Counted from the first letter of the stretch, positions 1-9,130 are shown. The stretch: DNA of 17,177 nucleotides from Octopus sinensis (GCF_006345805.1 NW_021824917.1:1-17177); one strand, 5' to 3'. Numbers and translations: made by a program. Notes: generated by a model from the letters alone, not told the origin.

Positions 1-245
1 ATTGCAGTTTAAAATTGTACACCTATTTGTCACACGACACAAATCCAGACAACAGGTCCATGAAACTGCAACATTTCATATGCTAGAAACAACAGCAAGA
101 GTTTAGCAAAAAATATGCACAAGATGGACACAGAAAAACGAGAGAAGGATGCAGAAAAAACAAGATCTAAATATATAACGTATCAATGCTTAATGTACAG
201 TAGACCTGCTGCAAGAAATAACAGCCAAATCTCACAGCCATCCAT
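1..245 (+). repeat. Partial copy of a dispersed repeat family carrying GCTAGAAATAGCAGCCAAAT-type motifs
   Basis: Aligns by eye with ~13845-14100 and ~15700-15945 (acaacaggtccat.aaact...catatgctagaaacaacagcaag...tatcaatg.ttaatgtac). Confidence 0.8.
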
Positions 246-480
246 CCATCCATTTGTCTGTTACTCTCTTTTCTTCTCAGAATTTGGGAGCAGAAATTTT
301 CCTTGTAATCTTCACCCACATCGACATTCAGTCCCAGGGCACCCATGGAGACTTCCGCTTTCTACCATACACATATGTGATCATTCTTTGTCTAAAGAAA
401 ACAAGGCCTGGAATTCTAGTAGAGGCAACTAATTGACTCCAACGACCCTGCGTGTGAACGATTCTGTCACCTCATCAGCT

Positions 481-542
481 TATACACACACACACACACA
501 CATACTATAACAGATCTATCTACCCCCCCCCTCTCTCTCTCT
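481..542. repeat. Compound (CA)n / poly-C / (CT)n microsatellite
   Basis: Directly visible simple repeats. Confidence 0.95.
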
Positions 543-604
543 AATTCACTTTTTACTATTAGCACAACGCCTGCAATTACTGTGGGCAGCTAATCAATTA
601 CTTC

Positions 605-762
605 ATCCTTAGTATTTGACTGGTACTTAATTTATTGACCCTGGAACAATGGAATGGATAAATCGACCGAGGCAGAACTTGAACTCACAACATGAAGCTG
701 TACAAAATGCGATTAAGCATTTCCTCCAGCATGGCAACGATTCTACCAATTTCCCCACTGAT
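605..762 (-). mobile_element. Degenerate tRNA-derived SINE (head plus central domain)
   Basis: Minus strand has A-box-like tggtagaatcg and B-box-like gagttcaagtt, then gggtcaataaattaagtaccagt. Homologous to 16710-16865 and followed by a (CA)n tract. The central part resembles the Meta/MESC SINE domain as I recall it. Confidence 0.7.
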
Positions 763-825
763 ACACACACACACACACATACACACACACACATACACAC
801 AAACACACACACCATAGCAACAATA

Positions 826-1216
826 ATATATATCAATATAGTTGTACTAATACATCTCCTTCTAGAAATAGCAGTCAAATCTCCTGAAATCACACATCAT
901 ACTGTGTAATATCTGAGGGGATTATCTGCAATGAAAGTAGGCTCGTTGGAATTACCAATTAATTACAGCGTACTCTCTTATGTGTGTCTAATGAGGCCAT
1001 GCAGAACCCCTATCTGGTGACTAGACCCCTTTCGGTAAATGTTGATTTAAACCTGTCCCCTTAAAATTTCTGGCGTGGTGAGGAACTATAATTCTTTTGA
1101 GGTCTGGGAGTCACTTCTTGTATATCTGTGAATATAGTTGTATCGATATTTTCTCTTGCAGAAATAGCAGTCAAATCCCTTTAAATCACACATTATACTG
1201 TGTAATGCCTGAAGGA
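826..1216 (+). repeat. Two diverged ~95-bp direct repeats (~826-920 and ~1121-1216)
   Basis: aatatagttgta...agaaatagcagtcaaatc.c.t.aaatcacacat.atactgtgtaat.cctga.gg occurs twice, about 295 bp apart. Confidence 0.75.
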
Positions 1217-1329
1217 AATATTTGCATTGTGACTCAGTTGTTGAGAATAGAGGAGAGAGAGAGAGAGAGAGAGAGGATGAGCGAGTGAAAAGAAGGAGCT
1301 ATATGGAGGGATCGATGGAATAAATACAA

Positions 1330-1438
1330 GGCTTAACACAAAGATGTACTGGGTTCAATTCTTCGACTAGAAATTCTTCAAGGTGTTGCTCCAGCATGGC
1401 CACAGTCTAATGTCTGAAACACGTTAAAGATAAAAGAT
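1330..1438 (+). mobile_element. 3' fragment of a SINE
   Basis: ctccagcatggccacagtctaatgtctgaaaca matches the reverse complement of 14190-14225 and 16172-16207. It ends in a gataaaagata tail. Confidence 0.65.
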
Positions 1439-1562
1439 ACACACAGACACAGGCATACTTTTATGCATTTGTTTTTCCGGATTCTTCATGTGAAGTTGCG
1501 TGTTGAAAGAGACATTGTTGTATTTCATGATGGTCATGTCCTTTCTTTCATTACATAATAAA

Positions 1563-1650
1563 TAGAGAGAGAGAGACTGATAGAGAGAGAGAGAGAGAGA
1601 GACTGATAGAGAGAGAGAGAGAGAGAGCCATTATAGTGTGTGTGTGTGTA
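1563..1650. repeat. (GA)n tract with an internal duplication, followed by (GT)n
   Basis: Directly visible; agagagagagactgata is repeated. Confidence 0.9.
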
Positions 1651-1789
1651 GTTTGTAAAATCTCACAAAGTAAAGTGAGTCAGCACATCAAAGTGGCTGC
1701 AGAAGGTTACTACTAGTTTAACCCCAGGCAGATTCTCCACCAGCGGGTTATCGCTGCTACATTGCACCCTTTATATACAATATCTTGTT

Positions 1790-2360
1790 AGCAGTGGTGG
1801 GGAGGGGGGTTGTCGTACCTCGGTAAACTTTCAGATTAACACCCGCACGATTTTCACCAAGAAGAAATAAACTCGAATTTTTTTGCATGGATGAAGTACC
1901 CTGACCTCCAAATATGCTGGAAATCACTTATTATGGTTTCAGAAAAAAAGGGTGCCACGACGGGGACGCACTCCCACCCCATTCCCAAATCATTGGAAAT
2001 TATTATTTGGTTTTTTGTTGGATGAATTCCCGTGACCTAATATGCTACAAAACCCTTTTAGGGGGTCTGATAAATGGAGTGGGGGGAGGCGGAAGCCTCG
2101 GAAATTTCACCCACCCCCATCCTCAGTGATCTTTTCACCAGCACCATTTCACTAAGGAAAAAAAAAAATCACATTTTTTTGCATGAAATCAAGTACCGTG
2201 ACCTCCTAATATGCTGCAAATCCTTTAGGAATAGGGTTCGAAGGGGACCCTCTGCGCATTCCAGAATCATTGGAAATCTTTTTTTTTTATTTTGTTGAAT
2301 GAAATGCTGTGACCCACCTAATATCCCAGGAGAAAACCCTTTTTGGGCCGCAATTTACCC
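1790..2360. repeat. Degenerate tandem repeat: two ~290-bp units, each with two related subunits
   Basis: ttttttg..(g)atga...c.gtgacc...aatatgct..aaa recurs at ~1880, 2011, 2175 and 2291. cattcc..aatcattggaaat recurs at ~1980 and ~2258. Confidence 0.65.
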
Positions 2361-2419
2361 ACTCCCAACATTTTAAAAATAAAATTTCAGAGTGGTTCGT
2401 TATTAATATATTATAAGTT

Positions 2420-3170
2420 AAAAAAATTATTAATTTATAATTAATAAATTTTACCAAGTAGTTTCGGTATGGAAAAGAACCATATTCAGTAAAAACTTAT
2501 ACAAGAAGTTCTATATTTAATTATAACAGTAATTAAGGGTTTAGCAACAAGTGCTTCACCACATACAAAAAATTTAGAAATAGCAGCCAAAAGACCGTTA
2601 TTTCTTCTTCGCTACAAAATATGATTCCACAGATACAGATACCTTACCTGTAACTCACACAGGTATAAAAAGAAGGAAAATAAGGAAATCAAACAGTTTT
2701 CGATTAAATATATGAATTTTTTGCGTAATGAGATAAAAAAACCAAGGCTGTATAGATATTAGAGCATTTATAGATAGAAGGTCTTACAGCTGTTTGTAGG
2801 ATATAATTAATAATATCCCTTCATCAGAGACGGTGTGAGAGGAAAAATTAAGTCATAGTTTCGATGTGATACAAATAGCGAGTGATGAGATGGAGGAAAG
2901 AAAATAGATGTAAGATATGTATGGGTATTGGATTCGTAAATCCGTTTTATAGGCATCAGGGTATATATGTGCAATATTCCAGTATCCTTGAGTAAAATCC
3001 AAAAGTCCAACAGAGTTTAATATGAGTCCATCCAGATGTAGAGTTTATAAGCAATGTAAGATTCTCTTAAAGTGGTGATTCCCAGTAGGGAATTTATAGA
3101 GGGTGTAGCAGAGTGCAGCTGGTTTGTGTTTAAACTGACGAGAAATAGGGAATCTATGGTCAATTGAAAG
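2420..3170 (-). mobile_element. 3' end of a Penelope-like element: GIY-YIG C-terminal remnant plus 3' UTR with a hammerhead
   Basis: Manual translation across frameshifts gives DHRFPISRQF (3132-3161), LRESYIAYKLY (3038-3070) and DGL (3024-3032). This fits the H..E...I..L.T..P.GLN end of PLE endonucleases. An HHR motif follows ~200 nt downstream, and the 5' side stops at (TA)n. Confidence 0.6.
2781..2831 (-). ncRNA. Type I hammerhead ribozyme motif with a core G12->C change (probably inactive)
   Basis: Minus strand: GTCT-CTGATGA-A-GGGATAT-tattaatt-ATATCCT-A-CAAA-CAGCTG-TA/AGAC. Stem I is 4 bp, stem II 7 bp, and stem III is palindromic. GAAA reads CAAA. Confidence 0.75.
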
Positions 3171-3171
3171 C

Positions 3172-3177
3172 ATATAT

Positions 3178-3215
<38 letters not shown>
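3172..3215. repeat. (TA)n microsatellite
   Basis: Directly visible. Confidence 0.95.
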
Positions 3216-3217
<2 letters not shown>

Positions 3218-3340
3218 GTATGTGTTTGTTATGGTAGTTTGACTGTAATAGTTCCTCATAGTGTGAGGTACTATGTATGGTAATGCCCCCTGATATATAA
3301 ACATATATATATGTATGTTGTATGGTTAGAATGATGGGTG

Positions 3341-3345
<5 letters not shown>
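3215..3345. repeat. ~130-bp dispersed repeat, homologous to ~13143-13280
   Basis: ttatggtagtttgact.taatagt.cctc.tagtgtga.g...tatgtatggtaatgccc..tgatatataaacatatatatatgta...tagaatgatgg is present at both loci. Confidence 0.8.
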
Positions 3346-3378
<33 letters not shown>

Positions 3379-3654
3379 ACAATTGAGGGTAAAATTAATT
3401 AATATTATCAATTTCACCAAGTATTCAGTATGTAAAGGGACCATTATAGGCGAATTCAAAATATTACATTATATATAAGGGCTTAGTAAAATAATTACTT
3501 TGCCACATACTGAACTCATTAGAAATAGCAGCTAAAGAAATTTCTTCAGCTATTTCTAATACTTAAAGAAGATCTCTCTCAGATAGTGTTTGCCTAAACC
3601 AACTCACAAAAGTATGGGGGAAAAAACATTAAAAAATCAAGTGCAAAGGTTATT

Positions 3655-3706
3655 TGAGAACGTACGTTTCTTGATTAGTCAATTCGACATTTCTTTCTTC
3701 AGCTCA
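3655..3706 (-). ncRNA. Type I hammerhead ribozyme, copy 1
   Basis: Minus strand: TGAG-CTGAAGA-aagaaatgtcgaattgactaatcaa-GAAA-CGTACG-TT/CTCA. Stem I TGAG/CTCA; predicted cut between 3659 and 3658. Stem II is weaker in this copy (tcaa instead of tcta). Confidence 0.75.
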
Positions 3707-4206
3707 GAATTCCTTGAATTGGATTTGGGAGCACTGAAAGTCGGGAGCATACCCTTTCGGCTTCTAATCACCTCTAGAATTCTGCTCGAACTAAAAAGTA
3801 TCAAATTCGAATATGCAAGCGAAGAATTTCTGCTCTCCCCTTTCCACCAGCGTGGGTAAAATTGACAAACACCATGTATTAACGGTGAAAACCGCAGCAG
3901 CATTTAGCAGAGAGAGATGAATTATATTTCAACAATTGAGGGTAAAATTAATTAATTATTAATCAATTTCACCAAGTATTCAGTATGTAAAGGGACCATT
4001 ATAGGCGAATTCAAAATATTACATTATATATAAGGGCTTAGTAAAATAAATTACTTTGCCACATACTGAACTCATTAGAAATAGCAGCTAAAGAAATTTC
4101 TTCAGCTATTTAATACTTAAGAAGATCTCTCTCAGATAGTGTTGCCTAAACCAACTCACAAAAGTATGGGGGAAAAAACATTAAAAAATCAAGTGCAAAG
4201 GTTATT

Positions 4207-4258
4207 TGAGAACGTACGTTTCTAGATTAGTCAATTCGACATTTCTTTCTTCAGCTCA
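4207..4258 (-). ncRNA. Type I hammerhead ribozyme, copy 2
   Basis: Minus strand: TGAG-CTGAAGA-aAGAaatGTCgaattGACtaaTCTa-GAAA-CGTACG-TT/CTCA. Predicted cut between 4211 and 4210. Confidence 0.8.
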
Positions 4259-4830
4259 GAATTCCTTGAATTGGATTTGGGAACACTGAAAGTCGGGAGC
4301 ATACCCTTTCGGCTTCTAATCACCTCTAGAATTCTGCTCGAACTAAAAGTGCTATCAAATTCGAATATGCAAGCGAAGAATTTCTGCTCTCCCCTTTCCA
4401 CCAGCGTGGGTTAAAATTGACAAACACCATGTATTAACGGTGAAAACCGCAGCATTTAGCAGAGAGAGATGAGTTCAGTATGTGGCAAAGTAATTTATTT
4501 TATTAGCCCTTATATATAATGTAATATTTTGAATTCGCCTATAATGGTCCCTTTACATACTGAATACTTGGTGAAATTGATTAATAATTAATTAATTTAC
4601 CCTCAATTGTTGAAATTATAATTCATCTCTCTGCTAAATGCTGCGGTTTCACCGTTAATACATGGTGTTTGTCAATTTTAACCCACGCTGGTGGAAGGGG
4701 AGAGCAGAAATTCTTCGCTTGCATATTCGAATTTGATAGCACTTTTAGTTCGAGCAGAATTCTAGAGGTGATTAGAAGCCGAAAGGGTATGCTCCCGACT
4801 TTCAGTTCCCAAATCCAATTCAAGGAATTC

Positions 4831-4881
4831 TGAGCTGAAGAAAGAAATGTCGATTGACTAATCTAGAAACGTACGTTCTCA
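4831..4881 (+). ncRNA. Type I hammerhead ribozyme, copy 3 (inverted unit)
   Basis: TGAG 4831-4834, CTGAAGA 4835-4841, stem II 4842-4865, GAAA 4866-4869, CGTACG 4870-4875, TT, then CTCA 4878-4881. Confidence 0.8.
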
Positions 4882-5060
4882 AATAACCTTTGCACTTGAT
4901 TTTTTAATGTTTTTTTCCCCCATACTTTTGTGAGTTGGTTTAGGCAACACTATCTGAGAGAGATCTTCTTTAAGTATTAGAAATAGCTGAAGAAATTTCT
5001 TTAGCTGCTATTTCTAATGAGTTCAGTATGTGGCAAAGTAATTTATTTTACTAAGCCCTT

Positions 5061-5067
5061 TATATAT

Positions 5068-5106
<39 letters not shown>

Positions 5107-5110
5107 GTAT
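5061..5110. repeat. (TA)n microsatellite
   Basis: Directly visible; it abuts the right end of the 553-bp array. Confidence 0.95.
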
Positions 5111-5223
5111 ATTGAGAGGGCACGACCGTTAGGTGGTTGGCCGCATGCTAGAAATAGATCATCAACGATCAAACTACAAAGAAAATTAAAATATTTATAT
5201 AATATATATATATTATATATATA

Positions 5224-5410
5224 TCTTATATAAAAACCCGTTCTCCCGTTCTGTCTGTCTGTCTGTGTGTCTTCTAGGATCTCGGTCATCCTCATCCGAT
5301 TGCACTCAATTTGATATGTAGATACTGGTGGTATCAGGGGGTGTGTATGACTTGAAAAAATAACAAAAATCGATTCCAGGGGAGATAACGATTGGCAAAG
5401 CCGTGGGAAC
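5224..5410 (+). mobile_element. Possible 5' part of a non-autonomous Helitron-like element
   Basis: Starts TCTTATATAAAA, followed by (GTCT)n and ...ccgattgcactcaatttgatatgtagata. This layout is typical of invertebrate non-autonomous Helitrons. No 3' hairpin + CTAG was found. Confidence 0.35.
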
Positions 5411-6044
5411 GTGCATTTGTACGCACAAGTACATCAGATGTTGCGATCGATACTATGCGTACGCGAGAAAATTGCACGTGCAGTTTGCGCAAAAAAGCCG
5501 GCTGGCTTGAAATAATGCCACAAAATGCAGAATATTTAAGAGACCAAAAAAGTAAGATGCAAAAGAGATATTTTCTCCAAACTTGGCATGAAGGAAGGAA
5601 AAACTATTTGTTCTGAAGAAGTCTTTTCTTTTTTTTTGCCTTAATTTCGTTTAACAAAACCAAAACTTTTATTGAAATAAGGCATGCTTAATTATTTTTT
5701 AATGAAAAGAAAACACAGATTGCTTTTATTCAAGGAAGAAAAATATTTTCTTGTAATAAATGATTTTCAATGTTTGTGTTCTCCCAGTCTACAGACTTAT
5801 CATTTCTGGTACTTTAAACTCTTCGGTTGCATATTTGGGTGAATAAAATCGTTTTTCTTTGGAATAGAAAAAAGTCTATCTTTATTTCTTCTTTTGCTGG
5901 TGTCTCAAATTTAGGTTAAATCAGTGCTTCTCAAAGGGGTGGCATATGGGACTGTTGGACAAGTTGTTTTGAGGAAATTGGTTTAAATGTTTGACAACTC
6001 AGCACCGTCCATGGACGGGGAGAGGGGGGGAGGGCGTTTTGTTC

Positions 6045-6145
6045 GTATATATGTGTGTGTGTGGTTTGTATACATATATATATGTGTGTATGTATATATA
6101 CATATATATATGTATATATATATATATATATGCATACATATATAT
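6045..6145. repeat. (TA)/(TG) compound microsatellite
   Basis: Directly visible; it truncates the PLE endonuclease. Confidence 0.95.
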
Positions 6146-7560
6146 TCCTGCATATATCATTGAACCTATCATTGATGCTTTTAGAAGTCTCACCTATGTA
6201 TGACTCTGTTAGTCGCGCAAGCTCCCTCCTGGCACTTAATCTGGTATACAGTGCCCTTGGTTTACAATTTACATGTGGATTTGTCGAACATACTGCACAA
6301 TTACTTTGACAGGTGATTCTATCAAATGGATATGATCTGCATAATGCCGATTTGATAGTCCTACCTGTCTTTTCTACAACTTTAACTTTTAGGCCGTAGT
6401 GCGCAGGACTTTCTTGAATGCCTTACTTAGCTCGTTCTTAGGTGTGGCGTCAACGAAATCACTCCGTGAAATCTCCTGTTATCGTACCAAGTAACGTTTC
6501 TCATCTTTTTGTTGGTGTCCCTCTCTAACCTATTCCAGAACTTGTTGCGGTACAGGGGGCATATACCGTTTTCGTCGTTCCTTAGAATGCGTTCGAATCT
6601 AGCTTTCGCTCCTTTGTACACCCTGACTCTATCGTCTTGTGTGTATCCGGAGCGTTGCATTCGGAATATGTAGTGCTGGATGTGTTGTTGTCGTTCTTGT
6701 GGTTGGCATAGTGGTGATACATTCCTCATTACTCTAACTAAGTCTGCCACTAGGATGTTTGAGTTTGGCAGTATCCGACATAGCTGAGTCACTACGGATT
6801 ACTAGTGGATTAGCCATCGGTTTCTGATAGTGTGAGTGGAGTATACAGGGTTTAATGGTACCATTAGCCATAGCATCTTCCATCCATAGCTCAGTATCTA
6901 GGACGGGTAATCGTTTACTGGGGTGTTTAGAGGGGTAGTCTATGGTAAGTTTTATACTGCTGTGGATAGAGTCAGCTATGTGTTGTATAGATGTCATCAC
7001 CTGTTCTTCACTTGGTAGAGGGCCCATAACTGTGTCTGTATTATATTTCACAACAAGGTTAATGTCGTCGACGTAACGAGAGTACATAGCCAAGTGGATG
7101 TTACGGTTTGCTAGGCACTGTTTAAAACGCTTGTCCCACCATACCATGAAGAGGTTAGCAAGCAACGTCACCGGCGATCCCCACTCCAATAGCACCGCCT
7201 TTCGTTTGCTTATACAGTTTGTTGTCAAATTAAAAAATGTGTTTTTAGCGTAAATCTCAGGCTGACACCGATAGCATGTGCGATGGTGGTTCTAATATCG
7301 TGTGCACTTGAAGGTGGGTAGTCCGGCTTTGTCCATCCCTGCCAGCGCTCACAGTGAGTCTTCCTGTAAGCTGAGGTAATGGTAGGTGGTCTACCGCGTT
7401 TGTTACGGGTGGGACAAGCATATAGAAGGTTATTGCGCGACAGGTATTCATTGGTACAGGTTGCAATGCGTATGTGCAGTTATATACAACGGTATGAGCG
7501 GACGTTGTTTGATACGTACAGTTGCACTTAGGCGTTGTATCCATTCACGGTTAGACGATG
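6140..7560 (-). pseudogene. Penelope-like element RT + GIY-YIG endonuclease fragment (Neptune-like), frameshifted and truncated at both ends
   Basis: Stitched translation: CPTRNKRGRPPTITS...FDNKLYKQTKGGAIGVGIAGDVA/NLFMVWWD...YSRYVDDI (YVDD 7064-7075)...LPVLDTELW...YQKPMA...RSGY...GICPLYRNKFW...FVDATP...CQSNCAVC-x7-CK/TKGTVYQIKCQEGAC...[14 protein letters not shown] (YIGETS 6183-6200). ORFs 6734..7228 and 6427..6792 are parts of it. RT motif A and the endonuclease C-terminus are missing. Confidence 0.9.
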
Positions 7561-7569
7561 ATGAGAGGA

Positions 7570-8350
7570 ACAAACACACACCCACACATATATATATATA
7601 TGTGTGCGTCTATACAAACATATATGTGAATATGTATACAACCTTCAGCAAAGTAACAGTCATGTACACAACTTGGACGGACACATGCCGGTACACGGAC
7701 ATACGTTCATATACACATACACATGTACACACTCTCACAGACACGTCTGCCCATTCTCCTAGACACTCACATACATACGTAGCACATGAATACAAACATA
7801 CATACATACCTACGTATGGGCATACACACGTACATGTACGCACACACATACATGGGCACAGGCATACAAGCGCGTATACATACATACGCACATGCGTACG
7901 TATGTACATACATACATACATACATACATACATACATACATACGCACATACATACATACGCACAATAGTAAAACAATAGCTCTGTGATATAGAGATAAAA
8001 ATCTGATAATGGATTTTAGGGTATAGTTTTGGGAGTAAGCGTCATAAATCACTTTCTAGCTTCGGCCCGGAGGAAGTTGAAATTTGATAGCTTTGTGATG
8101 AGTGGTCACTCTACATCCATCCATCGCTACAGGTTTATAGCTTTATGTTTTATAGAGTGTATGTGCGTGCATATACACACACATACATATATACATACAT
8201 ACACACATACATATATACATACATACATACATACATACATACATACATACATACATACATACATGCATACACAGGCGTATGTACGTACATGCATACGTAC
8301 ATACATACACACATGTATACACATACACGCATACATACGTACATATATAT
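7570..8350. repeat. Long compound (CATA)n/(CA)n microsatellite region with a ~180-bp unique interruption (~7978-8160)
   Basis: Directly visible; it explains the many H/T/Y/I and M/Y/V/C ORFs. Confidence 0.95.
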
Positions 8351-8571
8351 GACGAACTAACTGTTACTTTCTCAGATGCAGCACGGACTTTGTCAGTGAA
8401 GAGGTCGCGGTCTTAAAGCGACGAAAATATTTTGACAAATTAAACTTAAATGTTGAAGTGAATCGAACGGCTTTTGTGTGTTTCTTAAATGGCTTATAAA
8501 ACACCTCCACGCTGCAATTGTTTTCCTTTCAGCACACGATCTCAGATCAAATTACTTGCTATGCGAGTACA

Positions 8572-8640
8572 TCTATATCTATCTATCTATCTATCTGCCT
8601 ATCTATCTATCTATCTATCTATCTATCATCTATTCTATCT

Positions 8641-8705
<65 letters not shown>

Positions 8706-8760
8706 ATCTATCTATCTATCTATTATCTATATATATATTATATATATATATATATATATA
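8572..8760. repeat. (TCTA)n grading into (TA)n
   Basis: Directly visible. Confidence 0.95.
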
Positions 8761-9130
8761 GGTTATAAATGAAAGGGGTTGAAAATTCAACCCACATGGG
8801 TAATATATATCCAATATACTGCTAGATAGGTACCCAACAAATTTAATACATAGATGTTAACAATTGTCAAACAATCAGTTCATCTATTGCATTATATGGG
8901 TAAAGGTAATAATATTACCGTAAATTATAATACTACAAAATTAGAGAATGGAGAAATATACTTAAATCAGTAAAACATCAACTATCCGATGATACTCAAT
9001 CCATACTTTAATACACCATTACATATGAGTAAAGGCAATATAAAATGAAATGAGATATACAGTAATAGTAAAAAGATAAAGAGATATAAGTAAAAAATTT
9101 TTTTCAAATATAATATGCAATAAATCAAAA

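Larger units (their letters stand above)
3376..5067. mobile_element. Array of a ~553-bp hammerhead-bearing unit (retrozyme / PLE pLTR-like): two tandem copies and one inverted copy
   Basis: tcaacaattgagggtaaaatt starts at 3376 and 3929. Copy 2 ends at 4472, and 4469-5067 is the reverse complement of slightly more than one unit. (TA)n lies on both outer sides, with one HHR per unit. Confidence 0.85.

Noticed and set aside
440-480. CTGATGA followed by a short hairpin on the minus strand
   Set aside because: No GAAA after the hairpin, so it is not a hammerhead.
627-909. ORFs with HT/CV dipeptide runs
   Set aside because: A SINE remnant plus a (CA)n tract read through without stops.
2452-2489. 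Hammerhead-like string CTGAATA-TGGT...ACC-GAAAC on the minus strand
   Set aside because: G8 is missing, there is no palindromic or paired stem III, stem I is poor, and the homologous site in the 553-bp unit lacks the core.
3590-3903. ORFs 3590..3859 (+), 3679..3903 (-) and 4623..4823 (-) as proteins of the 553-bp unit
   Set aside because: They are not preserved between copies, since indels shift the frames. RILEVIRSRKGMLP only faintly resembles an endonuclease end.
5923-5940. hAT-like terminus cagtgcttctcaaa
   Set aside because: No matching opposite terminal repeat was found nearby.
7386-8772. Many 60-197 aa ORFs on both strands, including the longest ORF 7386..7979
   Set aside because: They are translations of (CATA)n, (CA)n and (TCTA)n repeats. 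The non-repetitive start of 7386..7979 is the antisense of the PLE RT.
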